From contig JANMQY010000023.1 of NCBI GenBank assembly GCA_031370785.1, positions 1 through 64,000 on the forward strand: a stretch of 64,000 nt of DNA. Reading direction: 5' to 3'. Origin of the DNA: Candidatus Eiseniibacteriota bacterium (GTDB lineage Bacteria; Eisenbacteria; RBG-16-71-46). This document shows, one piece after another, positions 19,882 to 28,859 of this stretch. Made by a program: the position numbers and the translations under genes. The notes beneath the pieces are model-generated. The model was not told the origin of the DNA and did not search any database. It was given only the letters and a program-made list of their open reading frames with translations. The first letter of the stretch is position 1. Every line of letters begins with the position of its first letter.

Positions 19882-20893
19882 GCCGCTCGAGCTGACCACC
19901 ACCTTCGAGTTCCGGATCGCGCACAGTGGCGCGCGGCTGGGACGCGCCAACACTCTGGTCCGCATCGAGCACGAAGGCATCGAGGGCCTCGGCGAAGCGT
20001 CTCCGGCGCACTACTACGGAGAGAACCGCGCGCTGGTCGAGGCCGCGCTCGAGGCGTGGGCCCCGACGCTGGGCGACGACCCGTTCGCGCTCGACGCGAT
20101 CGAAGCGCGGATGGACGCGGTGCTGCGCGGGAACGGCGCGGCCCACGCGGCAATCGACATGGCGCTCCACGACTGGATCGGCAAGAAGCTGGACCTTCCG
20201 GTATGGAAGCTGCTCGGCCTCGACCCCGCGCGCACCCCGCTGTCGTGCGTCACACTCGGAATGGCCGCACCCGAGGAGATGGAGCGGAAGCTCGAGAGCG
20301 TGATCGATTTTCCGATCCTCAAGGTGAAGCTCGGCGGTCCCGGCGACGTGGACAATCTCAAGCGTATTCGCTCGCGCTACAAGGGCGTGCTGCGGGTGGA
20401 CGCGAACGCGGCGTGGAACGCGGCCGACGCGATCCGTGTGCTGCGCGCGATCGAGCCGCTCGACATCGAGCTGGTGGAACAGCCGGTCGCACGCGAGGAC
20501 CTGGACGGCCTGGCGCGAGTCAGATCGCGCATCGGCATCCCGGTGTTCGCGGACGAGAGCGCGCACCATCTGGGCGACATCGCGAATCTCGCGAACCGGG
20601 TGGATGGTGTCAATCTCAAGCTCATGAAGTCGGGCGGCCTGCGCGAGACGCTGCGCATGATTCACGCCGCCCACGCGCACGGGCTTCAGGTGATGCTCGG
20701 CTCGATGGTCGAGTCGAGCCTCGCGCTCTCGGCCGCGGCGCAGCTCGCCCCGCTGGTGGATCATCTCGATCTGGATGGCCACTGGCTGCTACAGCACGAC
20801 CCGTTCGCGGGAGCGCCGGCCGAGCGCGGCCGCATCGTGCTCGGGATGCGCCCGGGCCTCGGAGTGCAGTGGGTGGCGGAGGCGCGCGCATGA
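19865..20893 (+). CDS. Dipeptide epimerase / N-acylamino acid racemase (enolase superfamily, MLE subgroup)
   Basis: KVKLG, RVDAN, EQP, ADES, NLKLMKSGG, DLDG. Confidence 0.9.
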   Translation: MRLRHEPLELTTTFEFRIAHSGARLGRANTLVRIEHEGIEGLGEASPAHYYGENRALVEAALEAWAPTLGDDPFALDAIEARMDAVLRGNGAAHAAIDMALHDWIGKKLDLPVWKLLGLDPARTPLSCVTLGMAAPEEMERKLESVIDFPILKVKLGGPGDVDNLKRIRSRYKGVLRVDANAAWNAADAIRVLRAIEPLDIELVEQPVAREDLDGLARVRSRIGIPVFADESAHHLGDIANLANRVDGVNLKLMKSGGLRETLRMIHAAHAHGLQVMLGSMVESSLALSAAAQLAPLVDHLDLDGHWLLQHDPFAGAPAERGRIVLGMRPGLGVQWVAEARA

Positions 20894-22320
20894 CCCTGCG
20901 CCTGCGGGTGTTCCTCTTCGCGGTGGTGCTGGTCGCATGTGCGCTGCTGGCGTTCGAGGCTCCACACGATCTGCGCGCGCATGCGATGGATTACGCGCTG
21001 TGGATCGCGGTGTGCGTCCTCTCCGAGATGATGGTGGTGCCGACGATCTCGGGCGAGGGGACGACCAGCATGGCCTCGACCGCGAACCTGGCGATCGCGA
21101 TGCTGTGGGGGCAGGGCCCTTCGATGTGGATCGCGGCGCTCAGCACGCTGCTCGCGGAACGGGTGGTGGTTCGCAAGCGCAAGCCCTGGGTGCGCGCGAT
21201 CTTCAACGCCGCGCAGACCGCGATCACGCTGTGGGCCGCGACCTGGACGTTCGCGCTGCTGGGCGGACCGCGCAACGGCCTCCAGAACGCCGGGGTTCCT
21301 CCCGGCACCACGCTCGCCACGCTCAAGCTCGCGGTGCCGGTTCTCGGGCTGGCGGTCGCCTATCTGCTCGTGAGCCGCGCGCTGGTCTCGGTGGCGGTCG
21401 CGTGGTCCACCGACCGGCGCTTCATCCGCGTGCTGCGCGAGGACTGGCTGCATGCCGAACGCATCATCGAGGACACCGCGGCCTTCCTGCTCGCGCCGCT
21501 CATGGTGATCTCGTTCCGCGCCATCCACTACTTCGGGGTCGGTCTGTTCTACGCGCCGTTGTACATGATCTACCTGTCGTCGAAGCGCTTCATCGAGCTC
21601 AAGAACGCTCAGAGCCAGATGATCCAGCGCGAGCGCATGGCGGCGCGAGGCGAGATGGCCGCGGGCATCGGCCACAACATGCGTCAGCAGCTGACCGCGA
21701 TCAGCGCCCGCGCGCAGATGCTGCTGAAGGGCGTCGAGACCAACACCTTCGACAAGGTCGAGCATCACTCGCGCATCATCCTCGACCAGTCGCGCAGCCT
21801 CGAGCGCCTGAGCAAGGCGATCATGGACTTCTCTCAGACCAAGCTGAAGATCGAGCGCATGGACATGAACAACCTGATCCAGCGCTCGATCGAGCTGGTG
21901 CGGACGCAGAAGCAGTTCAACGGAGTGGAATGGGTGGTCGAGCTGCAGGACCGCATGCCCGAGTTGCGCGCCGATCCCGGCCAGCTGCAGCAGGTGCTGC
22001 TCAACCTGATGATCAACGCGGCCGACGCCATGCAGGAGCACGCCTCTCCGGTGAAGAAGCTGAGCGTCTCCAGCCGCTTCGATGAGGCGGCGAAGCTGGT
22101 GCGGGTGGCGGTGAGCGACACTGGGCCGGGCATCAGCCCGGAGAATCTGAACAAGGTGTTCGAGCCCCAGTTCACCACCAAGCCGACCGGCCATGGATTC
22201 GGACTCTCGACTTCCTACACCATCGCGGTCAATCACGGTGGCAAGCTGGCGGTCGAGAGCGTGCTGGGTCATGGCGCGAAGTTCACGCTCAGCCTGCCGC
22301 CCGGCACCGGTGGAGACTGA
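20890..22320 (+). CDS. Membrane sensor histidine kinase (multi-TM N-terminal sensor)
   Basis: About 7 TM helices, H-box GIGHNMRQQL, N-box QVLLNLMINAADA, DTGPG, FTTK, GHGFGL. Confidence 0.88.
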   Translation: MTLRLRVFLFAVVLVACALLAFEAPHDLRAHAMDYALWIAVCVLSEMMVVPTISGEGTTSMASTANLAIAMLWGQGPSMWIAALSTLLAERVVVRKRKPWVRAIFNAAQTAITLWAATWTFALLGGPRNGLQNAGVPPGTTLATLKLAVPVLGLAVAYLLVSRALVSVAVAWSTDRRFIRVLREDWLHAERIIEDTAAFLLAPLMVISFRAIHYFGVGLFYAPLYMIYLSSKRFIELKNAQSQMIQRERMAARGEMAAGIGHNMRQQLTAISARAQMLLKGVETNTFDKVEHHSRIILDQSRSLERLSKAIMDFSQTKLKIERMDMNNLIQRSIELVRTQKQFNGVEWVVELQDRMPELRADPGQLQQVLLNLMINAADAMQEHASPVKKLSVSSRFDEAAKLVRVAVSDTGPGISPENLNKVFEPQFTTKPTGHGFGLSTSYTIAVNHGGKLAVESVLGHGAKFTLSLPPGTGGD

Positions 22321-22340
22321 GACGCACGCCCGAGGCGCAC

Positions 22341-23285
22341 ATGTCGGTGCCTGAGGCGGGGCCTCGTTTCGAAGCGACCGTCGCCCGCGTCGACTTCGCC
22401 TCGCTCACCGTGATCGGCGACGACGGCGCCGCATGCGAAGTCACCGTGCGCGCGCGGCTGATGGGCCGGTCCAAGGCGCTTGGCAATGCGGTCGTGGTCG
22501 GAGACCGCGTGTACTGCGCGCGCGAGGGCGAGCGTCTGCTGGTCGATGAAGTGGCGCCGCGACGCAACGCGTTTTCGCGACGCGCCTCGGGCGAGCGCCC
22601 GGTAGAGCAGGTGGTGGCCGCCAATCTCGATCAGGTGGTGCTCGTCGCCTCGATCCTCGACCCGGAGTTCCGCGCCGGGCTCGCCGATCGCGTGCTCGGG
22701 CAGGCCGAGCATGCCGGCATTCCCGCACGACTCGTGCTCAACAAGGTGGACTTGGACGATGCGCATCTGGCGGATGCGATCATCGAGGACTACCAGCACG
22801 CCGGCTACGCGGGACACCTCATGAGCGCGCGCACCGGCTTCGGACTCGAGGCGCTGCGGCTCGCGTGCCACGGGCGGCGCAGCCTGTTCGTCGGACATTC
22901 GGGCGTGGGCAAGAGCAGCCTGATGAATGCGCTCGCGCCCGAGCTCGAACTGATCGCCGGCCGGGTCAACGCGAAGACCGGAAAGGGACGTCACACCACG
23001 ACCGCAGCGTGGCTGGTGCACACCGCCGACGGACTCGAGCTGATCGACACTCCCGGCGTGCGCGTGTTCGGGATGTGGGGAATCGGACCGCGCGATCTCG
23101 AGCAGGCCTACCCCGAGTTCCGGCGCCATCTCGGCGGCTGCCGCTTCGGCGACTGCCACCACGACGCCGAGCCGGGTTGCGCGCTGCGCGCGGCGGTCGA
23201 ATCCGGTGCGGTCGCGCCGCGACGCTTCGCGTCGTTCCTGCAGCTGCGCGCCGAGCTCGCGGCCGAGGAGGGGCGCGGCCGATGA
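22341..23285 (+). CDS. rsgA: Ribosome small subunit-dependent GTPase A
   Basis: VVGD, ANLDQ, NKVD, GHSGVGKSS, GRHTTT, DTPG, and the C-terminal Zn finger CRFGDCHH..EPGC. Confidence 0.95.
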   Translation: MSVPEAGPRFEATVARVDFASLTVIGDDGAACEVTVRARLMGRSKALGNAVVVGDRVYCAREGERLLVDEVAPRRNAFSRRASGERPVEQVVAANLDQVVLVASILDPEFRAGLADRVLGQAEHAGIPARLVLNKVDLDDAHLADAIIEDYQHAGYAGHLMSARTGFGLEALRLACHGRRSLFVGHSGVGKSSLMNALAPELELIAGRVNAKTGKGRHTTTAAWLVHTADGLELIDTPGVRVFGMWGIGPRDLEQAYPEFRRHLGGCRFGDCHHDAEPGCALRAAVESGAVAPRRFASFLQLRAELAAEEGRGR

Positions 23286-24487
23286 AGCCGGCCGCGGTCT
23301 TCAACCCGAACCTGCTCGGATTCGAATGCCCGGCGTGCAACACTGAGTGCGATCTCTCCGCGCCGCGCAGCGTGTGTCCCTCCTGCCGCAAGCCGCTGGT
23401 CGCGCGCTACGATCTGGCGCGTATCGCAGGTCAGGTTTCGCGCAACGATCTCGCGCGCTTCGGCTCGGACCTGTGGCGCTATCGCGCGGTGCTGCCGTTC
23501 GCGGCGGACTACCCGCTGGTGCGCCTGGGGGAGGGCGGTACGCCGCTGCTTCCGGCGCCGCGACTCGGTGCCGAAGCGGGTGTGGCTGCGCTCTGGATCA
23601 AGGAGGAGTCGCCCAACCCCACCCAGTCGTTCAAGGCGCGCGGGCTCGCGCTGGCGGTGAACGGCGCAATCGCGTTCGGAATGAGCGCGATCGCGCTGCC
23701 TTCGGCCGGCAACGCGGGCAGCGCGGCGGCGGCCTACGCGGCCGCGGCCGGGATCCGCTGCCGCATCACCGTCCCCGAGGACACACCCGAATCGTTCGTG
23801 ACCGAGCAGCGCGCCTTCGGAGCGGAGGTCCGGCTCGTGCCCGGCACCATCGCAGAGGCGGGACGCGCGCTCGCCGACTGGGCGCCCGCGCCCGAGTGGT
23901 GGAACGTCGCGACCTTCAAGGAGCCCTTCCGCCTCGAGGGCAAGAAGACGCTGGGCTGGGAGATCGCCGAGCAGTGCGGCTGGCGGTTGCCCGACGTGAT
24001 CCTCTATCCGACCGGCGGCGGAACTGGTCTGGTGGGCATGCACCGCGCATTCGCGGAGCTGCGGGAGCTGAAGTGGGTCGAGGGTCCGGTGCCGCGGCTG
24101 GTCGCGGTGCAGGCGCGGGGCTGCGCCCCGGTGGTGCGCGCCTTCGAGTCCGGAGCGAGCCGCGCCGAGCCGTGGAAGGATGCGACCACCCTCGCCCTGG
24201 GACTGCGTGTGCCCTCCCCATTCGCAGACGAGCTGATTCTGGAGGCGGTGCGCTCGAGTGGCGGCACCGCGCTGGCGGTGAGTGAGGAAGAGCTGCTCGA
24301 CGGCATGAACGCGCTGGCCGTCGAGGAGGGCCTGTTCGCCTGCCCCGAAGGCGGCGCCAGCGTTGCCGGATTGCGCCAGCTGCGCGCCAGCGGCGAGGTG
24401 GGGCCCACCGATCGCGTGGTGGTCTACAATACCGGCAGTGGGCTCAAGTACCCCGAGGCATGGCGTCTCGCGCTCGCGCGACGTTGA
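23282..24487 (+). CDS. thrC: Threonine synthase family PLP enzyme with N-terminal Zn ribbon
   Basis: CxxC...CxxC, LGEGGTPL, NPTQSFKARG, SAGNAG, EGKKT, PTGGG, NTGSGLKY. Confidence 0.82.
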   Translation: MKPAAVFNPNLLGFECPACNTECDLSAPRSVCPSCRKPLVARYDLARIAGQVSRNDLARFGSDLWRYRAVLPFAADYPLVRLGEGGTPLLPAPRLGAEAGVAALWIKEESPNPTQSFKARGLALAVNGAIAFGMSAIALPSAGNAGSAAAAYAAAAGIRCRITVPEDTPESFVTEQRAFGAEVRLVPGTIAEAGRALADWAPAPEWWNVATFKEPFRLEGKKTLGWEIAEQCGWRLPDVILYPTGGGTGLVGMHRAFAELRELKWVEGPVPRLVAVQARGCAPVVRAFESGASRAEPWKDATTLALGLRVPSPFADELILEAVRSSGGTALAVSEEELLDGMNALAVEEGLFACPEGGASVAGLRQLRASGEVGPTDRVVVYNTGSGLKYPEAWRLALARR

Positions 24488-24516
24488 GCGCGGGTGACTC
24501 CCCTGGAGGTGTGCGA

Positions 24517-25857
24517 ATGAAGCTCATCGCCGTACGTGGCGCTCGCGCTCGCGCCCTCGCCGGGACCGTTGCGTTCCTCACCGCCTGCATCGCGCTGTCC
24601 GTCGCGCACGCGGCCGCGACGCGACGGCCCGCCGGTGAGGGAAGGATCCTGGTGGCGAACCTCGAAGGTCCGGTCTCGCCGATCATGGCCGAGGCGCTCA
24701 CCTCGGCGGTCCGGCGCGCCGAGCACGAGTCTTACAGCGCGGTCGTGTTCACGCTCGATACGCCGGGCGGGCTCGAGACCAGCATGCGCGACATGATCAA
24801 GGTGCTGCTCGCATCCGGCGTGCCGGTGATCGTGTGGGTGAGTCCCGGCGGCGCGCGTGCCGCTTCGGCGGGGGTGTTCGTGACCATGGCCGCCGACGTC
24901 GCCGCGATGGCGCCCGGCACCAACATCGGCGCGGCGACCCCGATCCACATGCAGGGGCCGATGGACTCGACGCTCGCGCGCAAGGCCACCAACGACGCTG
25001 CGGCCTTCGCGCGCACCATCGCCGCGCAGCGCGGGCGCAACATCCAGTGGGCCGAGCAGGCGGTGCGCCAGGCGGTGGCGGTCAACGAGACCGAAGCGGT
25101 GGAGCTGCATGTGGTGGACTTCACCGCCTCGACCCTCGAGGAGCTGCTCGCGAAGGCGGACGGGCGGACCTGGAGGCGCGACCAGGAGTCCCGGGTGATG
25201 CACACCCGCGGGCAGCCGCTCGACCATATCGACACCGGATTCCGGCTTCGGCTGCTCGCGCTGATCGCCGACCCGAACATCGCCTACATCCTGCTCATGC
25301 TCGGCTTCTACGGGTTGCTGTTCGAGCTGCAGAACCCCGGCGCGGTGCTGCCGGGAGTGGTCGGTGGGATCAGCCTGATCCTGGCGTTCCTCGCGCTCTC
25401 GACGCTGCCGGTCAATTACGCGGGCATCGCGCTGATCCTGCTCGCGGTGGTGTTCTTCATCGCCGAGGTCAAGGTCGCGAGCCACGGCCTGCTCGCGGCC
25501 GGAGGGATCATCGCCATGCTGCTCGGCTCGATGATCCTGTATCGCGGCGAGGGCTCGCGCCTCGCGTGGCCGGTGCTGCTCGGCGTCACCGCCTCGACCG
25601 CGCTGTTTTTCCTGGCTGTGGTGGGCGCGGGCCTGCGCGCGCAGCGGCGCACGGTCACGACCGGCATCGGCGGCATGGTGGGCCGGCGAGCGCGGGTGGT
25701 GGAGCGTCTCGCGCCGCGCGGCCGGGTCGAGCTCCTCGGTGAATTGTGGAATGCGGTTTCGGATGAGATGGTGGAGGCGGGTATGGAAGTGGAAGTCATG
25801 GGTGCCGAGCGGCTGACGCTGCGCGTTCACCCGGTCGCCAAGGAGGCTAGGTCATGA
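24517..25857 (+). CDS. nfeD: NfeD long-form membrane-bound serine protease
   Basis: [23 protein letters not shown] region and C-terminal OB fold (GELWNA). Confidence 0.92.
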   Translation: MKLIAVRGARARALAGTVAFLTACIALSVAHAAATRRPAGEGRILVANLEGPVSPIMAEALTSAVRRAEHESYSAVVFTLDTPGGLETSMRDMIKVLLASGVPVIVWVSPGGARAASAGVFVTMAADVAAMAPGTNIGAATPIHMQGPMDSTLARKATNDAAAFARTIAAQRGRNIQWAEQAVRQAVAVNETEAVELHVVDFTASTLEELLAKADGRTWRRDQESRVMHTRGQPLDHIDTGFRLRLLALIADPNIAYILLMLGFYGLLFELQNPGAVLPGVVGGISLILAFLALSTLPVNYAGIALILLAVVFFIAEVKVASHGLLAAGGIIAMLLGSMILYRGEGSRLAWPVLLGVTASTALFFLAVVGAGLRAQRRTVTTGIGGMVGRRARVVERLAPRGRVELLGELWNAVSDEMVEAGMEVEVMGAERLTLRVHPVAKEARS

Positions 25858-26651
25858 ACATCGGCTGGTACGGGCCGTTCATCTTCTTTCTGGTGTTCCT
25901 CGGAATCGTCATCCTCGCGAACTCGATCCGCATCGTACGCGAGTACGAGCGGCTGGTCGTGTTCCGGCTGGGTCGGCTGATCGGCGAGGCCGGCCCCGGA
26001 CTGGTGCTGCTCATCCCGATGGTGGACCGTGCGGTCAAGGTCGGGCTGCGCACCGTCACCATGGACGTGCCGCCGCAGGACATCATCACCAAGGACAACG
26101 TCTCGGTGAAGGTGAACGCGGTGATCTACTTCCGGGTGGTGAGTGCCAAGGAGGCCGTCGTGCAGGTCGAGAACTTCCTGTACGCGACCTCCCAGATTGC
26201 GCAGACCACGCTGCGCTCGATCCTCGGTCAGCAGGAGCTGGACGAGCTGCTCAGCGAGCGCGAAAAGCTCAATCAGGCGCTGCAGCAGGTGATCGATCGC
26301 CAGACCGAGCCGTGGGGCGTCAAGGTGAGCACCGTCGAGGTCAAGAACGTCGACCTGCCGCAGGAGATGCAGCGCGCGATCGCGCGCCAGGCCGAGGCCG
26401 AGCGCGAGCGCCGCGCCAAGGTGATCAATGCCGAGGGCGAGTACCAGGCCGCGGGGCGGCTGGCCGAGGCGGCCGCGGTAATCTCGCGTGAGCCGGCGGC
26501 GCTTCAGCTGCGCTACCTGCAGACGCTTGCAGAGATCGCGACCGAGAACAACTCCACGACCATCTTTCCGGTGCCGATCGACTTCCTCAGGGCATTCATG
26601 GGGACGATGGAGAAGGGCGCGGGAGAGAAGATGCTGGAGAAGAAGTCGTAG
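25854..26651 (+). CDS. Slipin/stomatin (SPFH, band 7) protein
   Basis: [45 protein letters not shown]. Confidence 0.95.
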   Translation: MNIGWYGPFIFFLVFLGIVILANSIRIVREYERLVVFRLGRLIGEAGPGLVLLIPMVDRAVKVGLRTVTMDVPPQDIITKDNVSVKVNAVIYFRVVSAKEAVVQVENFLYATSQIAQTTLRSILGQQELDELLSEREKLNQALQQVIDRQTEPWGVKVSTVEVKNVDLPQEMQRAIARQAEAERERRAKVINAEGEYQAAGRLAEAAAVISREPAALQLRYLQTLAEIATENNSTTIFPVPIDFLRAFMGTMEKGAGEKMLEKKS

Positions 26652-26709
26652 CTCGAGCCGAGAGGCCCGGCGCGCGCCGGGCCGCCCGCGCCGCGATCCG
26701 GAAGACGCG

Positions 26710-27651
26710 ATGAGCGGAACGAGACCCGATGGGACCGGCGCGACGGCCGTGCTGGTCACCGGCGCGGGAGGGCTGCTGGGCACGCCGCTGGTTTCGCGGC
26801 TGCATGCCGCCGGGCGGCGCGTGCTGCGCCTCGTCCGGCGTGATCCGCGCGCGGCGGACGAGATCGCGCTCGATCCCGCGCGCGGCACGTTCGCGGATGG
26901 GGCGCTCGATGGCGTGGGCGCGGTCGTGCACCTGGCCGGGGAACCGGTGCCGGGACGCTGGACCGCCGAGAAACGTCGGCGCATCGTCGAGAGCCGCTCG
27001 GCCGCCACGGCCCGGCTGTGCGAGGCGCTCGCGGCGCTTCCCGCTCCGCCGGGCACGCTGGTCGCCGCCTCCGCAGTCGGCTTCTACGGTGATCGCGGCG
27101 ATGAGCTGCTGGATGAGACCTCGGGCGCCGGCACCGGATTCCTGGCCGAGGTCGCGACCGCATGGGAGGCGGCGTGCGCGCCCGCGGCCCGCGCCGGAAT
27201 CCGCGTGGTGAACCTGCGGTTCGGCATGGTGCTGGCCCGGCGCGGCGGCGCGCTCGAGCCCCTTCTTGCGGTGTTCCGGCTCGGTCTCGGCGGAAAATTC
27301 GGCAACGGGCGGCAATGGATGAGCTGGATCGCGCTCGAGGACGCATTGGCCGCGATCGAGTGGGCGCTCGAGACCCCGGCCCTGCGCGGACCGATCAACA
27401 CGGTCGCGCCGGGCATGGTACGCAATCGCGAATTCGCGCGAACGCTCGGCCGCGTGCTCGGGCGGCCCGCGCTGTTCCCCGCTCCGGCGTTTGCCATGCG
27501 CGTGCTGCTCGGACCGATGGCGGACGAGCTGCTGCTCGCATCTCAACGCGCGGTGCCGCGTCGTCTGAGCGAGAGCGGCTTCCGATTCCGAACTCCCGAG
27601 CTCGAGGCGACGCTGCGCCGCCTGCTGGGCCGCGAAGTGCTCACCGCGTGA
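26710..27651 (+). CDS. TIGR01777 family NAD-dependent epimerase/oxidoreductase
   Basis: VTGAGGLLG, HLAGE, ASAVGFYG, WE, GNGRQWMSWI, SQRAVP. Confidence 0.9.
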   Translation: MSGTRPDGTGATAVLVTGAGGLLGTPLVSRLHAAGRRVLRLVRRDPRAADEIALDPARGTFADGALDGVGAVVHLAGEPVPGRWTAEKRRRIVESRSAATARLCEALAALPAPPGTLVAASAVGFYGDRGDELLDETSGAGTGFLAEVATAWEAACAPAARAGIRVVNLRFGMVLARRGGALEPLLAVFRLGLGGKFGNGRQWMSWIALEDALAAIEWALETPALRGPINTVAPGMVRNREFARTLGRVLGRPALFPAPAFAMRVLLGPMADELLLASQRAVPRRLSESGFRFRTPELEATLRRLLGREVLTA

Positions 27652-27759
27652 CCTTTGGCGATGGCGGATTCGCATCACGGCGAATCCGATGCTAGGCTCG
27701 GCGCCTCCCCGACAAGGCTCCCCATGGGCGAAATCGAATCCCACCTGCAGGAGATCTCC

Positions 27760-28113
27760 ATGTCCTCGCGTATGCGAAACGTCGTCGTGCTTCCGCTGCT
27801 TGCGCTCGTGCTGCTCGCCGGATGCAAGGACGTCAAGACCACTCCGATCAAGACGCTGCTCGACGACCCGGGCCGTTTCGACGGCAAGACCGTCGCGGTG
27901 GAGGGGGACGTGACGCGGGCCTACGGCGCGTTCGGCTACGGCGTCTATCAGCTCAACGACGGCACCGGATCGCTGAACGTGGTGACGCGCACCCAGGGAG
28001 CGCCACGCACCGGAGCGCACGTCGGCGCGATGGGCACCTTCCGTTCGGCGTTCACCCTCGGCACCGAGTCCATGGTCGTGCTGGAGGAGACGAAGCGGAT
28101 GACGCCCAGGTGA
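27760..28113 (+). CDS. Small lipoprotein with probable OB fold
   Basis: Lipobox LLAGC, FDGKTVAVEGDV, YQLNDGTG; SD CAGGAG. Confidence 0.7.
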   Translation: MSSRMRNVVVLPLLALVLLAGCKDVKTTPIKTLLDDPGRFDGKTVAVEGDVTRAYGAFGYGVYQLNDGTGSLNVVTRTQGAPRTGAHVGAMGTFRSAFTLGTESMVVLEETKRMTPR

Positions 28114-28235
28114 GGCCGGGCGCTGGCTGCTGCGCGAACCACCGCCCGACGGCGGCGGTTCGCGCCCCGGGATCGGGTTCGAAGGCGGGTCGCGAGTTCT
28201 TGACGCCGCTTTCGCCGGCCGTCTAGTCTGCCCGG

Positions 28236-28859
28236 GTGCGCGTTCTCCCGCTGCTCCTGACTGGCTCGCTCGCCCTGGCCGCGCTGGCCGGTTGCGGCTC
28301 GGCCCCGCCGCCCCAGAGCGTGGCGCAACCCGCTGCGCCTGCCACCGACCCGGACACGCTGGGCTCGGTGCCCTCCTCGGTCGATGCGCTCTACAAGTAC
28401 CACATCCGGCAGGTCGAGCCGGCCAGCGACCGGTTCACGTTCCAGGACCGCGAGCTGTCGTTCTATTTCCGCCCGGCCCCAGATGCGCTCCACATGCAGG
28501 TGGAGAACCGGCAGGGCCGCGTGGTGTGGATCGACTGGGATCGCTGCGAGTTCATCGACCCGGACGGCAACCGCGGCAGGCTGGCGCATGCGACCACGCG
28601 CTGGGTGGACCGCTTCAGCGTGCAGTCCTCGACGCAGATCATGGGCCTTCAGCGCTACTCGGACGACCTGCTGCCGCTCGACTATCTGATCGACCCCGGC
28701 ACTTCCGACCAGCAGATGCACCGTCCGCTGTTGCCCGAGGGCGCCAGCGCCCCGCAGTACAGCGGACGCGACTTCGGCGTGGACCTCGTGTTCCGGATCG
28801 ACAGCCAGCCGCGCACCTACTCGTTCCGATTCCGGGTCGTCAGCGTCCTGCCCCGCTGA
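28236..28859 (+). CDS. Hypothetical lipoprotein
   Basis: Lipobox LAGC, Pro/Ala linker and a beta-rich domain. The GTG is 6 nt after TTGACG-N18-TAGTCT. Confidence 0.7.
   Translation: MRVLPLLLTGSLALAALAGCGSAPPPQSVAQPAAPATDPDTLGSVPSSVDALYKYHIRQVEPASDRFTFQDRELSFYFRPAPDALHMQVENRQGRVVWIDWDRCEFIDPDGNRGRLAHATTRWVDRFSVQSSTQIMGLQRYSDDLLPLDYLIDPGTSDQQMHRPLLPEGASAPQYSGRDFGVDLVFRIDSQPRTYSFRFRVVSVLPR

Noticed and set aside
28150..28200. GGTTCGAA resembling a tRNA T-loop
   Set aside because: No cloverleaf, D-arm or acceptor stem can be built around it.
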